Shown piece by piece: positions 11,295 through 23,487 of a stretch of DNA of 64,000 bases (positions are counted from its first letter, which is position 1; the number at the start of each line of letters is the position of its first letter). The position numbers and the translations under genes were made by a program. The DNA comes from Mobula hypostoma. Lineage: Eukaryota. The notes beneath the pieces were generated by a model. That model was given only the letters and a program-made list of their open reading frames with translations, had not been told where the DNA came from and searched no databases. Where the stretch lies: positions 27,096,001-27,160,000 of the forward strand of contig NC_086097.1 of assembly GCF_963921235.1 (NCBI RefSeq). Direction: 5' to 3'.

Positions 11295-12769
11295 CTGAGG
11301 AAGGAGAGTGGTACTTAGTGATTCCAAGATTCTAGGCTCCTCATTTCCTTACAACACAGGAAGTGGAAATGTGGCCTATCAAGTCTCTGCCAGCTCTCAG
11401 AGCGATCCCATTCCCCATTAACTTTCCCAATTCCCATCGACCCCCCCCCCCAAATTCTACCACCTACCCACACACTAGAGGCAAATTACAGTGGCCAGTT
11501 AACCTACCAATCTGCACGTCTTTGGGATGTGTGAGGAAATTGGAGCACCACACAGTCACAGGGAGAACATGCAACCTTCACACAGACAGCACCCAAGGTC
11601 AGGATCAAACTCGGGGTCACTGGAACTGTGAGGGTGCAGCCACCCTCTCTGTCCCTTTTCTTTCAAAGGGTGTCCTCGTCCCACTGACGGAAGATCGGAG
11701 TGGACTGATGCATCTTCCGTGGCACACCAATAACCTCGCACACAACACCAGTAAGACCAAAGAATAGAGTGTGGAGAACGCAGAACATAAAATGGAACCG
11801 CATTTCGGCCCTCAATGTTGTGCTGACCCTTTAACCTACTTGAAAGATCAATCTAATCATTCTCTCCTATATAGCCTCCATTTTTAGATCATCCTTATGC
11901 CTATCTAAGAGTTTCTTAAATATCCCTAATGTATGAGCCTCTACCACCTCCCCTGGCAGTGCATTCAATGCATCCACCACTCTCTGGGTAAAAAGCTTAC
12001 CCCTGGCATCCCCCTAATACCTTCCTCCAATCACCTTCAAATTACAGCCCTTGTATTAGCCATTTCCACCCTGGAAAAATGTCAAACACACACCAGTCCT
12101 CACTGAAGGGTGAGCAGTGGAAATGGTGAAAAGCTTTAAGTCCTTGAGCATCAACATCTCAGAGAATCTACTCTGGGTTCAACACACTGACACAATTACA
12201 AGGAAGGCATGCTGGCAGCCTTCCTTAATTACGAGTTTGAGGAGATTTGATATGCCACCAAAGACTCCAGCAGATTTCTAGAGATGTCCCACAGAGAGCA
12301 TTCCGCCCGACTGCATCACCTCTGGTGTGGAGGCTCCAATGCACAAGACCGAAGGAGGCTAGACTCAGCCTGCTCTATCATGGGCACAACTCTCCAAACC
12401 ATCAAAGACATCTTCAAAGGGTGCTGCTTCAGGAAGGTGGAATCCATCACGAAGGACCCTCACCACTCAGGACATGCCCTCTTCTCATTGCTACCATTGG
12501 GGATGAGGGACAGGAGGCTGAAGACCTAGACACAACTATTCAGGAGCAGATTCCCCCTCTCTGCCTTCAGATTTCTGAATAGTCCATGAACACTACCTCA
12601 TTATTCATAGTGTCAAGAAGCACTACAGCACAGAAACAGGCCCTTTGGCCCATCTACTCCATGCCAGATTGTAATTCTGCCTAGTTCCATTGAACTGCTT
12701 CTGGAGCATAACTCTCCATTCCCCTCACAGCCATGTACCTTTCCAAACTTCTCTTAAATATTATAATTG

Positions 12770-13333
12770 CAGCTATATAGGACCCTGGTCAGGCCACTCT
12801 TGGAGTACTGTGCTCAGTTCAGGTCGCCTCACTACAAGAAGGATGTGGAAACCATAGAAAGGATGCAGCGGAGATTTACAAGAATGTTGCCTGGATTGGG
12901 GAGCATGCCTTATGAGAATAGGTTGCGTGAACTTGGCTTTTTCTCCTTGGAGCGACGGAGGATGAGAGTTGACCTGATAGAGGTGTACAAGATAATGAGA
13001 GGCATTGATCATGTGGATAGTCAGAGGCTTTTCCCCAGGGCTGAAATGGCAGGCACACAAGGGCACTGTTTTAAGGTGCTTGGAAGTAGGTACAGAGGAG
13101 ATGTCAGGGGTAAGTTTTTTTATGCAGAGAGTGGTGAGTGCGTGGAATGGGCTGCCAGCAGCGGTGGTGGAGGCGGAAACGATAGGGTCTTTTAAGAGAC
13201 TCCTGGATAAGTACATGGAGCTTAGAAAAATAGAGGGCTATGGGTAAGCCTAGGTTGTTCTAAGGTAGGGACATGTTCGGCACAGCTTTGTGGGCCAAAG
13301 GGCCTGTATTGTGCTGTAGGTGTTCTATGTTTC
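12770..13333 (+). mobile_element. Young CR1 3' fragment nested in an antisense CR1 3' end (about 12606-13590)
   Basis: LYRTLVRPLLEYC...ERRRMRVDLIEVYKI, TTCTATG tail. TAATTG duplicated at 12764-12769 and 13334-13339. Confidence 0.9.
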
Positions 13334-13760
13334 TAATTGAATCCACATCCACCACTTCCATTAGCAGCTCATTCCACACTCTCACCAATCTCTGAGTGAA
13401 GACGTTCTTCTTTGAATAATTCACCTTTCACTCTTAACCTATGATCTCTAGTTCTAGTCCCACCCAAACTCAGTGGGAAAAGCCTGCTTGCATTTACCCT
13501 ATCTATACTCCACATAATTTTGTACATCTCTATCAAATCTCTCATCATTGTCCTATGCTCCATAGAATGAAGTCCTAACGTATTAAAAGTTACAAAAATA
13601 AATCAATAGTGCAAAAGAAGAATAACAAGGACTGTTTGGAAATATGATAGCAGAGGGAAGAAGCAGTTCTTAAAACATTGAGTATAGGTTTTCAGGCTCC
13701 TGTACCTCCTACCTGATGGTAGTAACATGAAGAGGCCATGTCCCAGATGGTGAAGGGTGT

Positions 13761-14064
13761 CACTCTCCTCCCATCCGGTAGGCACTACAGGAGCCTCCGC
13801 TCCCGCACCAGCAGGCACAGGAAGAGCTTCTTCCCTGAGGCTGTGACACTGCTGAACCTCTCATCACAGCGCTAAGCAGTATTGCACCCATATTGTACTG
13901 TCTCAGTACTTTTATACTTGTGTGCTGTAGCACTTTTTCATTCGCAGTTATTTTGTAAATAGCACTATTCTTTGCATTTCTGGTCAGATGCTAAATGCAT
14001 TTCATTGGCTTTGTATCTGTACTCAGCACAATGACAATAAAGTTGAATCTAATCTAATCTAATC
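13761..14064 (+). mobile_element. Rex1/Babar-like LINE 3' end
   Basis: LLPSGRHYRSLRSRTSRHRKSFFPEAVTLLN, followed by AATAAA and an (AATCT)n tail. Confidence 0.75.
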
Positions 14065-15573
14065 GTGTGGTGACTCTAGTATCCAATGGCACAATACCAT
14101 TTAAAGGGATAAAGGGATATCCATATAGAACAGAGATGATGTCAATTCCTTCAGCCAGAAGGCGGTGAATCTGTTGAATTCATTGCCACAGACAACTGTA
14201 CAAGCTATGTCATTGGCTGTTTTTAAGGCAGTGATCAATAGATTGTTGATTGGAAAGGTGGTTCTGAGTAAAGGAGGGGAAATGGAGCAATGTCAAATAA
14301 CATTACAGCACAGTACAGACCCTTTGGCCACTTTGTTGTGCTGACCCCTTAACCTACTCCAAGATTAATATAACTCGTCCCTTCCCACATAGCCTTCCAT
14401 TTTTCTATCCCCCATGTGCCTATCTAAATGTTTTTGATGTTTCTACCTCAACTGCCACCCCTTGAGGGACCTAATTCTGCTAATGAACCTACCAGCCGGC
14501 AGTGTTTGGAACGTGGAAGCTAACTGCACTCAGAAGAAGACTACACAGTCACAGGGACAACGCGCAAACTGTAGACACTGCCCAGGGTCAGGAATGTGTC
14601 AGGCCAGAACACAGGTCTCTGGTGCAGTGAGGCAGCAGCTCTACCCAGAGCGTCACCAAGCTGCCCACTTTTGGCAAAAGGTGGTAGGCACCTTCATACG
14701 GCTCCCCGTGAAATAAACATTTCATCTAAAGTTACACATGGAAAAATCAGTGGGGCACTTGGCAGGTGGGAAGTGATATAGGGAGGTGGCAGGTGAAATG
14801 AGAATTGAGGACCAGGTGAGCTGCAATCCAGGCCAACTGGCTCCAGGTGACAGAATGCACAATGTCCAAATCTGAAGATGGTTCTGGGCAACCAGGTTGC
14901 TGGAGGTTAAAGCCCATGGACTCTGACCAAGGGGAGAGTGCCCAGTGCATTTGAAACTATAGTCAAGCACCTTCGGTCTGTTGGCCACAAAAGGCAGGAT
15001 CTCCTGGATGCCAACCATTTCAATTCAACTTTCCATTCACTTTCTGACATGGCCTCCTCTACTCTCCTCCTCATGATGAGGCCAAACTCAGGTTAGAGGA
15101 GCAACAACTTCTGTCTGGGTAACCTCCAACCTGATGGCATGAACATCATTTTCTCTAACTTCCAGTAACTCCACCCCCCCGCTCTCATTTTCCATTCCCC
15201 ATTTTGGTTCCTCTATTACCCCATTCACCTGCCCATCACCTCCCTCTGGTGCCTCTCTTTTCCTTTCTCCTCTACTATTAGATTCCTCCACTTCCAGCAC
15301 TTCTCCTCTTCCACCTCTCACCTCCTAGCTTCTTACTTCATTACCCCTCACCTGTCCACCCTCTTCCCACCTTCCCCCTCACCTGGTTTCACCTAACACC
15401 TGCCACTTTGTACTCCTCTCCCTGCCCCTGCCTCCTGCCCCTTCTTTTCCAATGGCCCGAGAAAACAAAAGTTCATTTCTTTCCATACATGCTGCCTGAC
15501 CTGCTGAGTTCCTCCAGCGTTTTGTGTGTGTTGATCTAATAGTTGAAGCAGGGAGCCTCACTTGCTGGCTTAC

Positions 15574-15645
15574 CTTTGCCCACGGGCAATGCTGGAGTGC
15601 CCTGTAGAACACACCTTTCGTCCTCTCCCCATTCCCTCGCTGTGA
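15574..15645 (-). CDS. NRDE2: NRDE2 penultimate coding exon (SQRGNGERTKGVFYRALQHCPWAK)
   Basis: Matches NRDE2 VSLGNKERSKGVFYKALQNCPWAK in length and sequence. aatgtAG acceptor, AAG|GTAAGC donor; 72 nt. Confidence 0.92.
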
Positions 15646-15829
15646 CTACATTGTTGGAGGATGGAAAGAAATGGCACATTAGTACTGGAACTCAGCAGTG
15701 ACGGGAACGTCCCAGTGGCAAACCGGGACTGAAAGGGACAGCACAGTAACAGCACCGAGCACCTAATCATTTGACTACAGGTTATCAGTTAGGCCACTGG
15801 TGTCGTAAGCCTCCCTGTGGAATGGATAA

Positions 15830-16000
15830 TGCTGCGGGGAGGGGCAAATGGAAAGGGGCGGGGAGGCCAGGGGCTGGAGGGTGGGGCAGGAAGAGGGGCG
15901 AAGGGTGAGAGGGTGAGGGAATGGGAGGGGAAGGGAAGGAGGAGGGTAGGAAGAAGAGGTGAGGAGAAGGGTAGGAGGAGGCCAGGAAGGTGGGGGGGCA
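15830..16000 (+). repeat. Low-complexity purine/G-rich tract in an NRDE2 intron
   Basis: Dense GGG/GGGG and GA runs on the + strand. Confidence 0.75.
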
Positions 16001-16221
16001 CAGGGTTGAGGAGTGTCCTCTCAAACTCTTTCGAGGAGCAATCAAGTGAGTCCTACTCCCATCTAACCCACCAGGGAACTGGAGCTGGAAGACTGTGGCA
16101 AGTGAAGGATAGATGGGTGGAGTCCAAAAGGAGAGAGAGAATAAAGGGGGGAAAGGAGGGAGGAAGGTGGGGCTGTGGCATGTGGGTGATAATGATGGTG
16201 ATAATCCCAGGTTGCTTCTAC

Positions 16222-16360
16222 CGTAAATTGCAGGAACATCCTCCAGAGCAGAACACAGTGCACACCGGCCTCAGACTGGACCGCATGCTCAAACAGTGCT
16301 CCGATCCGATTGACCAGGCCCGTCTCCGGCAGCGTGCTGTGCACGATCCCAACACTCGCC
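16222..16360 (-). CDS. NRDE2: NRDE2 coding exon (ASVGIVHSTLPETGL...RMFLQFT)
   Basis: HSTLPETGLVNRIGALFE...CVLLWRMFLQF. tcctcAG acceptor, weak ACG|GTAGAA donor; 139 nt, phase 2 to 0. Confidence 0.9.
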
Positions 16361-17294
16361 CTGAGGAGGAGGAGAGGGGAGAAAAAAAATTAGCATCGTA
16401 TCCATCCTTATATTGTCCCAAAGTTCTTCCCATCCAACTAGGTACCTCTCAAGACATGCTCTCTAATTGAGACAGCATCCTGTGCACTCTAAAGCTTCCA
16501 CGTCTGTAACGAAGCGTCCAGAACTGAGGTATTTCTAACACCCTCCATAGGTCAGTTCAGCACAGGAACAGGTCCTTTGGCCCACAATATCTGTGATTGG
16601 CATGATGCCAAATTAAATTAATCCCTTCTGCCTACACATGATCCATATCCTTCCATATTCATATGCTTATCTAAAAGTCTTCTAAATGCCACTTCTTCCA
16701 TCTCCAGCACTGGCGGCCAGTTCCAGGCAGCCACCACTCTCTGTGCGAAAACTTGTCCCACATGTCTCCTTTAAATTTGACCCCTCACCTAAAAGCTAAT
16801 GCCCTCAGGTATCTGACATACCTACCCAACAGCTGTAGTAATGTTCAATTGTCACGGAGATTTACCAGGGCATTTCTTAACTTGGAGATCATGTCTCACG
16901 AGGAGAGGTTGAGTGAGGCTTTTCTCTTTGGACTGAAGGAGGATGAGAAGTGACTTGATAGAGGTGTACAAGGTGATAAGAGGCACAGACAGAGTGAACA
17001 GTCAGATATTTTCCTCGGGTGGCAATGGCTAATACGAAGAGGAGTAACTTTAAGGTGACTGCAAGTATGGGGGTGATATCAGAGGTAAGATCTTTTTCAC
17101 ACAAAGTAGTGGGTGCATGGAACATGTTGCCAAGGACGACGGTAGAGGGACATTTTAGAGACTGTTAGATGGGATGTGCATGAAATTAAAAAAGTGAGGG
17201 CTGTAAAGGGGGGAAGACTTACATTGATATTTGAGGTTAGAAGGTCAGCACAATATTGGGGGCCAAAGGGACTTTACTGTGCTGTAGTGTTCTA

Positions 17295-17832
17295 CACTCA
17301 GCAACCACTTTGTTAGGTATACCTGCTCATTAATACAGATATCTAAACAGCCAATCATGTGGTAGCAACTCAATGCATAAAAGCATGCAGACATGGTCAA
17401 GAGGTTCAGTTGATGTTCAGACCGAACATCAGAATGGGGAAGGAATGTGATCTAAGTGACTTTGACCGTGGAATGATTGTGGTGCCAGATGGGGTGGTTT
17501 GAGTATTTCAGAAACTGCTGCTCTCCTGGGATTTCCACGCACAACAGTCTCTACATTTTACAGAGAATGGTGCAATGAACAGAAAACGTTCCGAGAGCAG
17601 CAGTTCTGTGGGTGAAAATGTGTTGTTAATGAGAGAGGTCAGGGGAGAATGGGCAGACTGGTTCAAGCTGACAGGATGGCAACAGTAACTCAAATAACCA
17701 CACGTTACAACAGTGGTGTGCAGAAGAGCATCTCTGAATGCACAACACATTGAACCTTGAAGTGGATGGGCTACAGAGCAGAAGACAATGAATAGGTATG
17801 GGGGGGTATCATAATAAAATGGCTACTGAGGA
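17295..17832 (+). mobile_element. Non-autonomous Tc1-like element
   Basis: TA|CACTCAG... left end and degenerate ...CTACTGAGGA|TA right end. MGKECDLSDFDRGMIV Tc1 HTH N-terminus; no DDE domain. Confidence 0.85.
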
Positions 17833-17892
17833 TATGTTATACCTTGAATATTCTATATTCCATCTTCTATGAGAGTTGAGGACTATTCTCAC

Positions 17893-18812
17893 CTCTGGAT
17901 AGTGTCAACCCGTTCCTTCCTCTGCTCTTCGGCGTGGATTGCGAATAACCAGGGTAACACAATGTCTTTTGTGGCCCTGGTCAGGCGGTCGAAGAACTTG
18001 CGGGCTCTGCTGCCACTATGTGACCTGTTTTCCACCTGCACGTAGAACCTCCAGAGATCAGGGTTGCTGGGAAACTGCTGCAAAGCGCCAGCAAGTGTTT
18101 CGCAAAGGGGATGCAAGGGATAGATGCCAGCCTTCATGTGGAACCTCAGCAGCGCCACGTGCAGTGTGGCCAGGCGTTCAGAGGCGGAAGCCCCGGCGCT
18201 GGCGAGTTTCACTTCAGTCGATGGGCAGAGGCTGACAAGCCTTTCAGAAGCCTGCCTGTACAGTGTGTCGGCAGCCTGAATTCCCACCGTCAGGTACTGG
18301 AAGAGAGCAAAGCAAGCTACCAGGGTTACTAGGTGGGAAGCTCCCTCTGGTCTTTCCCAAGCACCCTGTGGGGGAAATTCACTGGATAAGCAGTGCTGAT
18401 AAGCATGTTCGTAACTCTTCCGGGCTTTCAACACACTCACTGGCGGCACCTCCCCGCAGTAAGGCGAGTAGCCGCTCCCCTGGGCAAACCGAGTCAGGAT
18501 GTAGAGCGGGCGGCATGACGCTACTCCTTCCAGGCCCCCCATTAACTCCAGCTCCAGCGAGGCGTAGAGGAGGCAGAGGTCACACAGAGGGGAGCTGCTC
18601 AGGCCCTGAGCAGCCGCCATCGTGAGGGCGGTGTCAAAGACCCTTCGCGAGTCCTCCACGTTGCCCAGCAGCCACTCCAAGTGGGCATACTCTTTCCAGA
18701 GGGCCAAATCGTTCCGGTTCTCTGCTTCCTTTAGAAGGCTTTTTGCCAGTTTCTTGCTCCTCTTCCCCTGAGATTTCAGCCTCTTGTTCCCAAGCTGCAG
18801 ATTCTGTAGCAC
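17893..18812 (-). CDS. NRDE2: NRDE2 largest coding exon (VLQNLQLGNKRLKSQGK...DTIQR)
   Basis: KRLKSQGK, LWKEYAHLEWLLGN, LKARKSYEHA, LFQYLTVGI, PWLFAI motifs. ccccAG acceptor, AG|GTGAGA donor; 920 nt, phase 0 to 2. Confidence 0.97.
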
Positions 18813-20352
18813 CTGGGGAGGGAGGGTGATGGATTAGCTCACAGACTGGACACAACCAACACAAATCCCAGGCACAAGATCATCCCCCACTGGATCCCAG
18901 GCGGTATCACTAAATGACGGGGGATTGCAGAGATTTCAAACTCGGGGTCCTGATGAAGGGTCTCGGACTAAAAAAATTTACTCTTTATTCTCCTCCATCA
19001 ATGCTGCCTGGCTTGCTGAGTTCCACTAGCATTTTGTATGTGTTGCTCAAACCTAGGAGTATTGGTTTACTGTTGTCACATATACCAAGATCCGGTGAAA
19101 AACTTGTCTTGCATGCTGTTCCTACAGATCAAATCATTGCACAGTGCACTGGGGTAGGACCCAGTAAAACAATAACAGAATGCAGAATGAAGTGTAACAG
19201 CTACAGAGACAGTAAACAGTAAAGTGCGCGATCAGAACGGGGTAGATTGTGAGGCCAAGAGTCCATCTGATTGTACAAGAGGGCCATTCAAGCATCTGAT
19301 AACAGTGGGACAGGAGCTGACATCAAGCCTGGTGGTACGTGCTTTCAGGCCTTTGTATCTTCCGCCCGATTGTAGGGGAGAGAAGAGGGAATGTTCCAGG
19401 TGAATGGAGTCTTTGGTTCTACTGACTGCTTTCCTGAGGCAGTGAGAAATACTGAGAGTACATGGAGTGAGGGCTGGTTCCTGTGATGTGCCAAGCTGTG
19501 TCCACAACTCTGCAGTTTCTCATGGTCGTGTTCAGAGCCGTTGCCGCACCAAGCTGGGGGTGGTGAGGGGGGAGATCACAGTCTTCAGACCATTTAAAAT
19601 GGATAGGGTGGGGGGGTGGGGATACATGGGGAAGCCATTAATTAAGATCTGGATCTGAATTCACTGCAAGGTTGACAAAATGGAATCAATGCCTTCAAAG
19701 CTGAATTTGATAGGCACTTAGGAGAGAAAAGGTCAGGAGGGCATTAGTGAAGGATAGTGATAGGAGGAAATATTCTGATGGTATTGTTCTACTGAGAGCT
19801 AGAAAAAAAAAGTGGGCCAAATGGCTTCTTCCTGTCTCCTAACAACTCTATGACTGCAATGGACTCACCGCTCTGATCCGATGAAAAACTGGGGTGAGCA
19901 TTAAGAAGCACTCTCAGAACTGAGGCAAGTGGATCTCGTCTGAGGCACTAACAAGATAATTTACCTTTGGACCCCAGATAGTAATATTACAGGACAGGAG
20001 AATGCAGATATATCAAACCTGGGATCTCTAGATTTATGTGGCACCAACTGTGTGTCAGTGGAAGACCAGTCTTTGCACAGGAAAGTCCCATCAAAAACAT
20101 GATCGGGAAAGCTGGACTGGTGAAATAGGAACAGAAAATGCAGGGGACGCTCAGCAGGTCAGGTAGCAAATGGGAAAAGGGAAACGGCTAACACGTCAGG
20201 CGTGATACAATACCTCTCTCACAGAGTGGTGGCTGCCTGTGAGGGTGCTGGAAGCAGACACAATATTGGTGTTTAAGTGGCATTTAGACAGGCACATGAA
20301 TATCTAGACACAGGGAGGGATACGGATCAAGTACAGGCAGGGAGAATTAGTT

Positions 20353-20760
20353 AGATAGTTAGTTTGTCATACTTTATTGAAGCCGAGGGAAATTGGTTTT
20401 CGTTACAGTTGCACCTTAAATAATTAAATAGTGATACAACCATAAATAATTAAATAGTAATATGTAAATTATGCCAGTAAATTATGAAATAGGTCCACGA
20501 CCAGCCTATTGGCTCAGGGTGTCTGACCCTCCAAGGGAGGAGTTGTAAAGTTTGATGGCCATAGGCAGGAATGACTTCCTATGACGCTCTGTGTTGCATC
20601 TCGGTGGAGTGAGTCTCTGGCTGATTGTACTCCTGTGCCAAACCAGTACATTATGTAGTGGATGGGAGACATTGTCCAAGATGGCTTGCAACTCGGACAG
20701 CATCCTCTTTTCAGACACCACCGTGAGACAGTCCAGTTCCATCCCCACAACATCACTGTT
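20353..20760 (-). mobile_element. Young LINE 3' fragment (Rex1/Babar-like C-terminus)
   Basis: ILDNVSHPLH...PRCNTERHRKSFLPMAIKLYN, AATAAA and a short microsatellite-like tail. ATTAGTT duplicated at 20346-20352 and 20761-20767. Confidence 0.8.
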
Positions 20761-21967
20761 ATTAGTTTAATTTGGCGCTGTGGACAGCGTAGTTATCGTG
20801 AGCTGTTACTGTTACTGTACTGTTCTATTAGCTAGGGATTCTGGGAGTGTTGGGAGAGCCGATGCAGCAACTTCAGAATCAGATTTAGTGTCACTGACAT
20901 ACAGTATGCCATGAAATGTGTTGTTTTGTGGCAGCAGTACAGTATATACTATAAATCACAATTATATACATATTAAAAAATTAAATAAGTAGTGCAAAAA
21001 TAGTGAGGTAGTGTTCACAGACTGTTCCAAAATCTGACAGTGCAGGGGAGGAAGCTGTTCCTCGAGCATCCAGCGTGTGTCTTCAGGAACAGCTTCTTTC
21101 CCCTTCAGGAGGGGAGAAACAAACATCAAACAGAAGGAAAAGGCCCAAAACCTCAGCACTGAAAAGCCACTGCCTCACAGTGCCAGCAACCCTGACCCAC
21201 TGTCTGTGTGGAAGTTTTATCTATTTGTTTCTTACTGGGAGATTCAGTACAGTAACAGGTCCTTCTGGCCCATCCAGCTCTCACTGCAGAACTACACCCA
21301 TGTGACCAGTGACCCCACTATATCTTCTGGCATGTGGGAGGAAACTGGGACGTCCAGAGGAAACCCACACAGTCACAGAGGGAACGTACAAAGTCCTCAC
21401 ACATATCTGCAGAACTGAACCTGGGTCGCTGGCGCAGTGATAGCGTAATACTAACCACTATGCTACCATACCACCACGCTCTTCCTGTGGCGGTTCTTCC
21501 CAGCACCCCTGGGTGCTCTAGTTTCCTCCCACATCCCAACAACATGTGGATTGCCGGGTCAGTTGGCTGCTGTAAATTGCCCCCAGTGAGAGGTGGGAGG
21601 GGTGGGGAATCACTCCTGGGTTTGTAAGGGGAGTTGATTACAGTGTGTAGTAGTTTAGCAGTTAGTATAATTCTATTATAGTGCCAGAGAGCCAGGTTCA
21701 ATTCCACTGCTGGCTGTAAGGAGTGTGTATGTTCTCTTTATGAACATGTAGATTTCCTCCATTTGCTCCAGTTTCCTCCCACATTCCAGATTTGTTTGGG
21801 GTTAGAAACTTAATTGGTCACATTGGGCTGGAAGAGCCTGCTATTGTGCTGTATCTCTAAATAAAAATTAAATAAATGGGATTGCTCTGTGATCCTGACA
21901 GACTTGATGGGCCAACATACCTGCTTATACACGATAAGGAAACATATTCCCATGTTCCTGATCCTAC

Positions 21968-22354
21968 CTTGGACTTCTCGTACAGCAGCCAGCTCCGTAT
22001 CAACTCTGACCGCTCTTGCCCGGAAAAGTGAGGCAGTGCTTGCTGAAACACAATCCGGATGAAGTCCTCTCCGGCCCTGCAGTGCCCAGCCGCCCTTTTC
22101 CGCCTGGGCTTGGCAGCCATAAATCCGACACAGCCGACCCCAGAGGCCGGCGGATCCGAGCAGTCCAGAAGCCTCTTGCCATCCAATCCACTGCTGAAAA
22201 GGGCTGGCTCATCCAGCGCCAGGTTCAGGCAGGAGCAGGGGAGAGCTCCCCCAGCCGGAACGCCCAGGAACTGCAAAAAAGAGGCCATGAGCTGGAATTT
22301 CAGCTCTGGCTTGGAGATCCTGAGCATCGAGGAACCAATGTCATCGAACAGCAC
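21968..22354 (-). CDS. NRDE2: NRDE2 coding exon (VLFDDIG...YEKSK)
   Basis: VLFDDIGSSMLRIS...FLQFLGVP...SWLLYEKSK. ttatcAG acceptor, AAG|GTAGGA donor; 387 nt, phase 0 to 0. Confidence 0.95.
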
Positions 22355-23487
22355 CTGATAAATAGAAAGAAAACTGTTGGTGACTTCGGACTCTAGCAAA
22401 CTTCTACAAATGTACTGTGGAGAGTATTCTGACCATCATTAGCAACTCTACAGTTAGCATAGTGTCAACATTCAGGTTCCCGGGCATCATTATTTCACAG
22501 AACCTCATGTGGGGGAACCATATTTCCTTCATTCATAAAAAGTCTCAGCAGAGGATGCATTTCTTGTGACAGCTGGTGAAATTCCACTGGTCCTGGAACA
22601 TACTGGTGCAATTCTACACTGCCATCATAGGGAGCATCCTCACATCAGCCACAGCATACAGAAACTACAGCCACTCTCAGGTCAGCAGGAAAGATCATTG
22701 GCTGCAGTCCACCGTCACTGCAGGACCTGTATGTGTCCAGGATGAGGAAGTGGCAGGAAAATTACGGCAGATGCTACCTACCCTGCAAGCTGCTTTTTGC
22801 AAAAGCTCCCTTCTGCGAAGTGCTATAAGGCTATTAAAACAAAAACTTTACACCATCTTAGAAGTTTCTTCCCCAAGGTATCTGATCAACCATTCTAGTT
22901 AGTCCCCACCTCTCTATCACCCAGTCACTGCACTGTAAGCACTTTAAACTACTTTTTATAATGCTGTTTACATACTGGCATTTATCTATTTGTGCACATC
23001 TTATTCCATTTCTGTGCTCCCAACTTCATTTTTATAGAATTACTTATACAGTATAATTTTTGAATGTTGACGTTTTTGTCCCACGTCACACCAACACAAC
23101 AAAGTGATTTCCTAATACGTCTCAATGTATATGGCGAGTAGAGATGCTCTTTGATCCTGGTATGAAAGCACCAGTGCACAGGATCGCAGGAGGCTGCAGA
23201 GAGTTGTAAACTCAACCAGCTCCACCACAGGCACAAGCCTCCCCACGATTCAAAATGTGAAGGCAGCATCCATCATTAAAAACCCTCACCATGGGGGATA
23301 TGCCCTTCTCTCGTCACTGCTGTCACGAAGGTTGTACTGGAGCCTGAAGACCTGCACTCAGTGTTTTGAGAACAGCTTTTCCCCTCTACTATCAGATATC
23401 TGAATGGTCCGTGAACACTATCACGCTATTCCTCTTTTGCACTTTTTAAAAAAATCACTGACAATCAACACTGACACACCTCAAGAA

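Noticed and set aside
15817..16470. 217-aa plus-strand ORF rich in G, R and E
   Set aside because: Arises from the purine-rich low-complexity tract plus the antisense of an NRDE2 exon; no coding signature.
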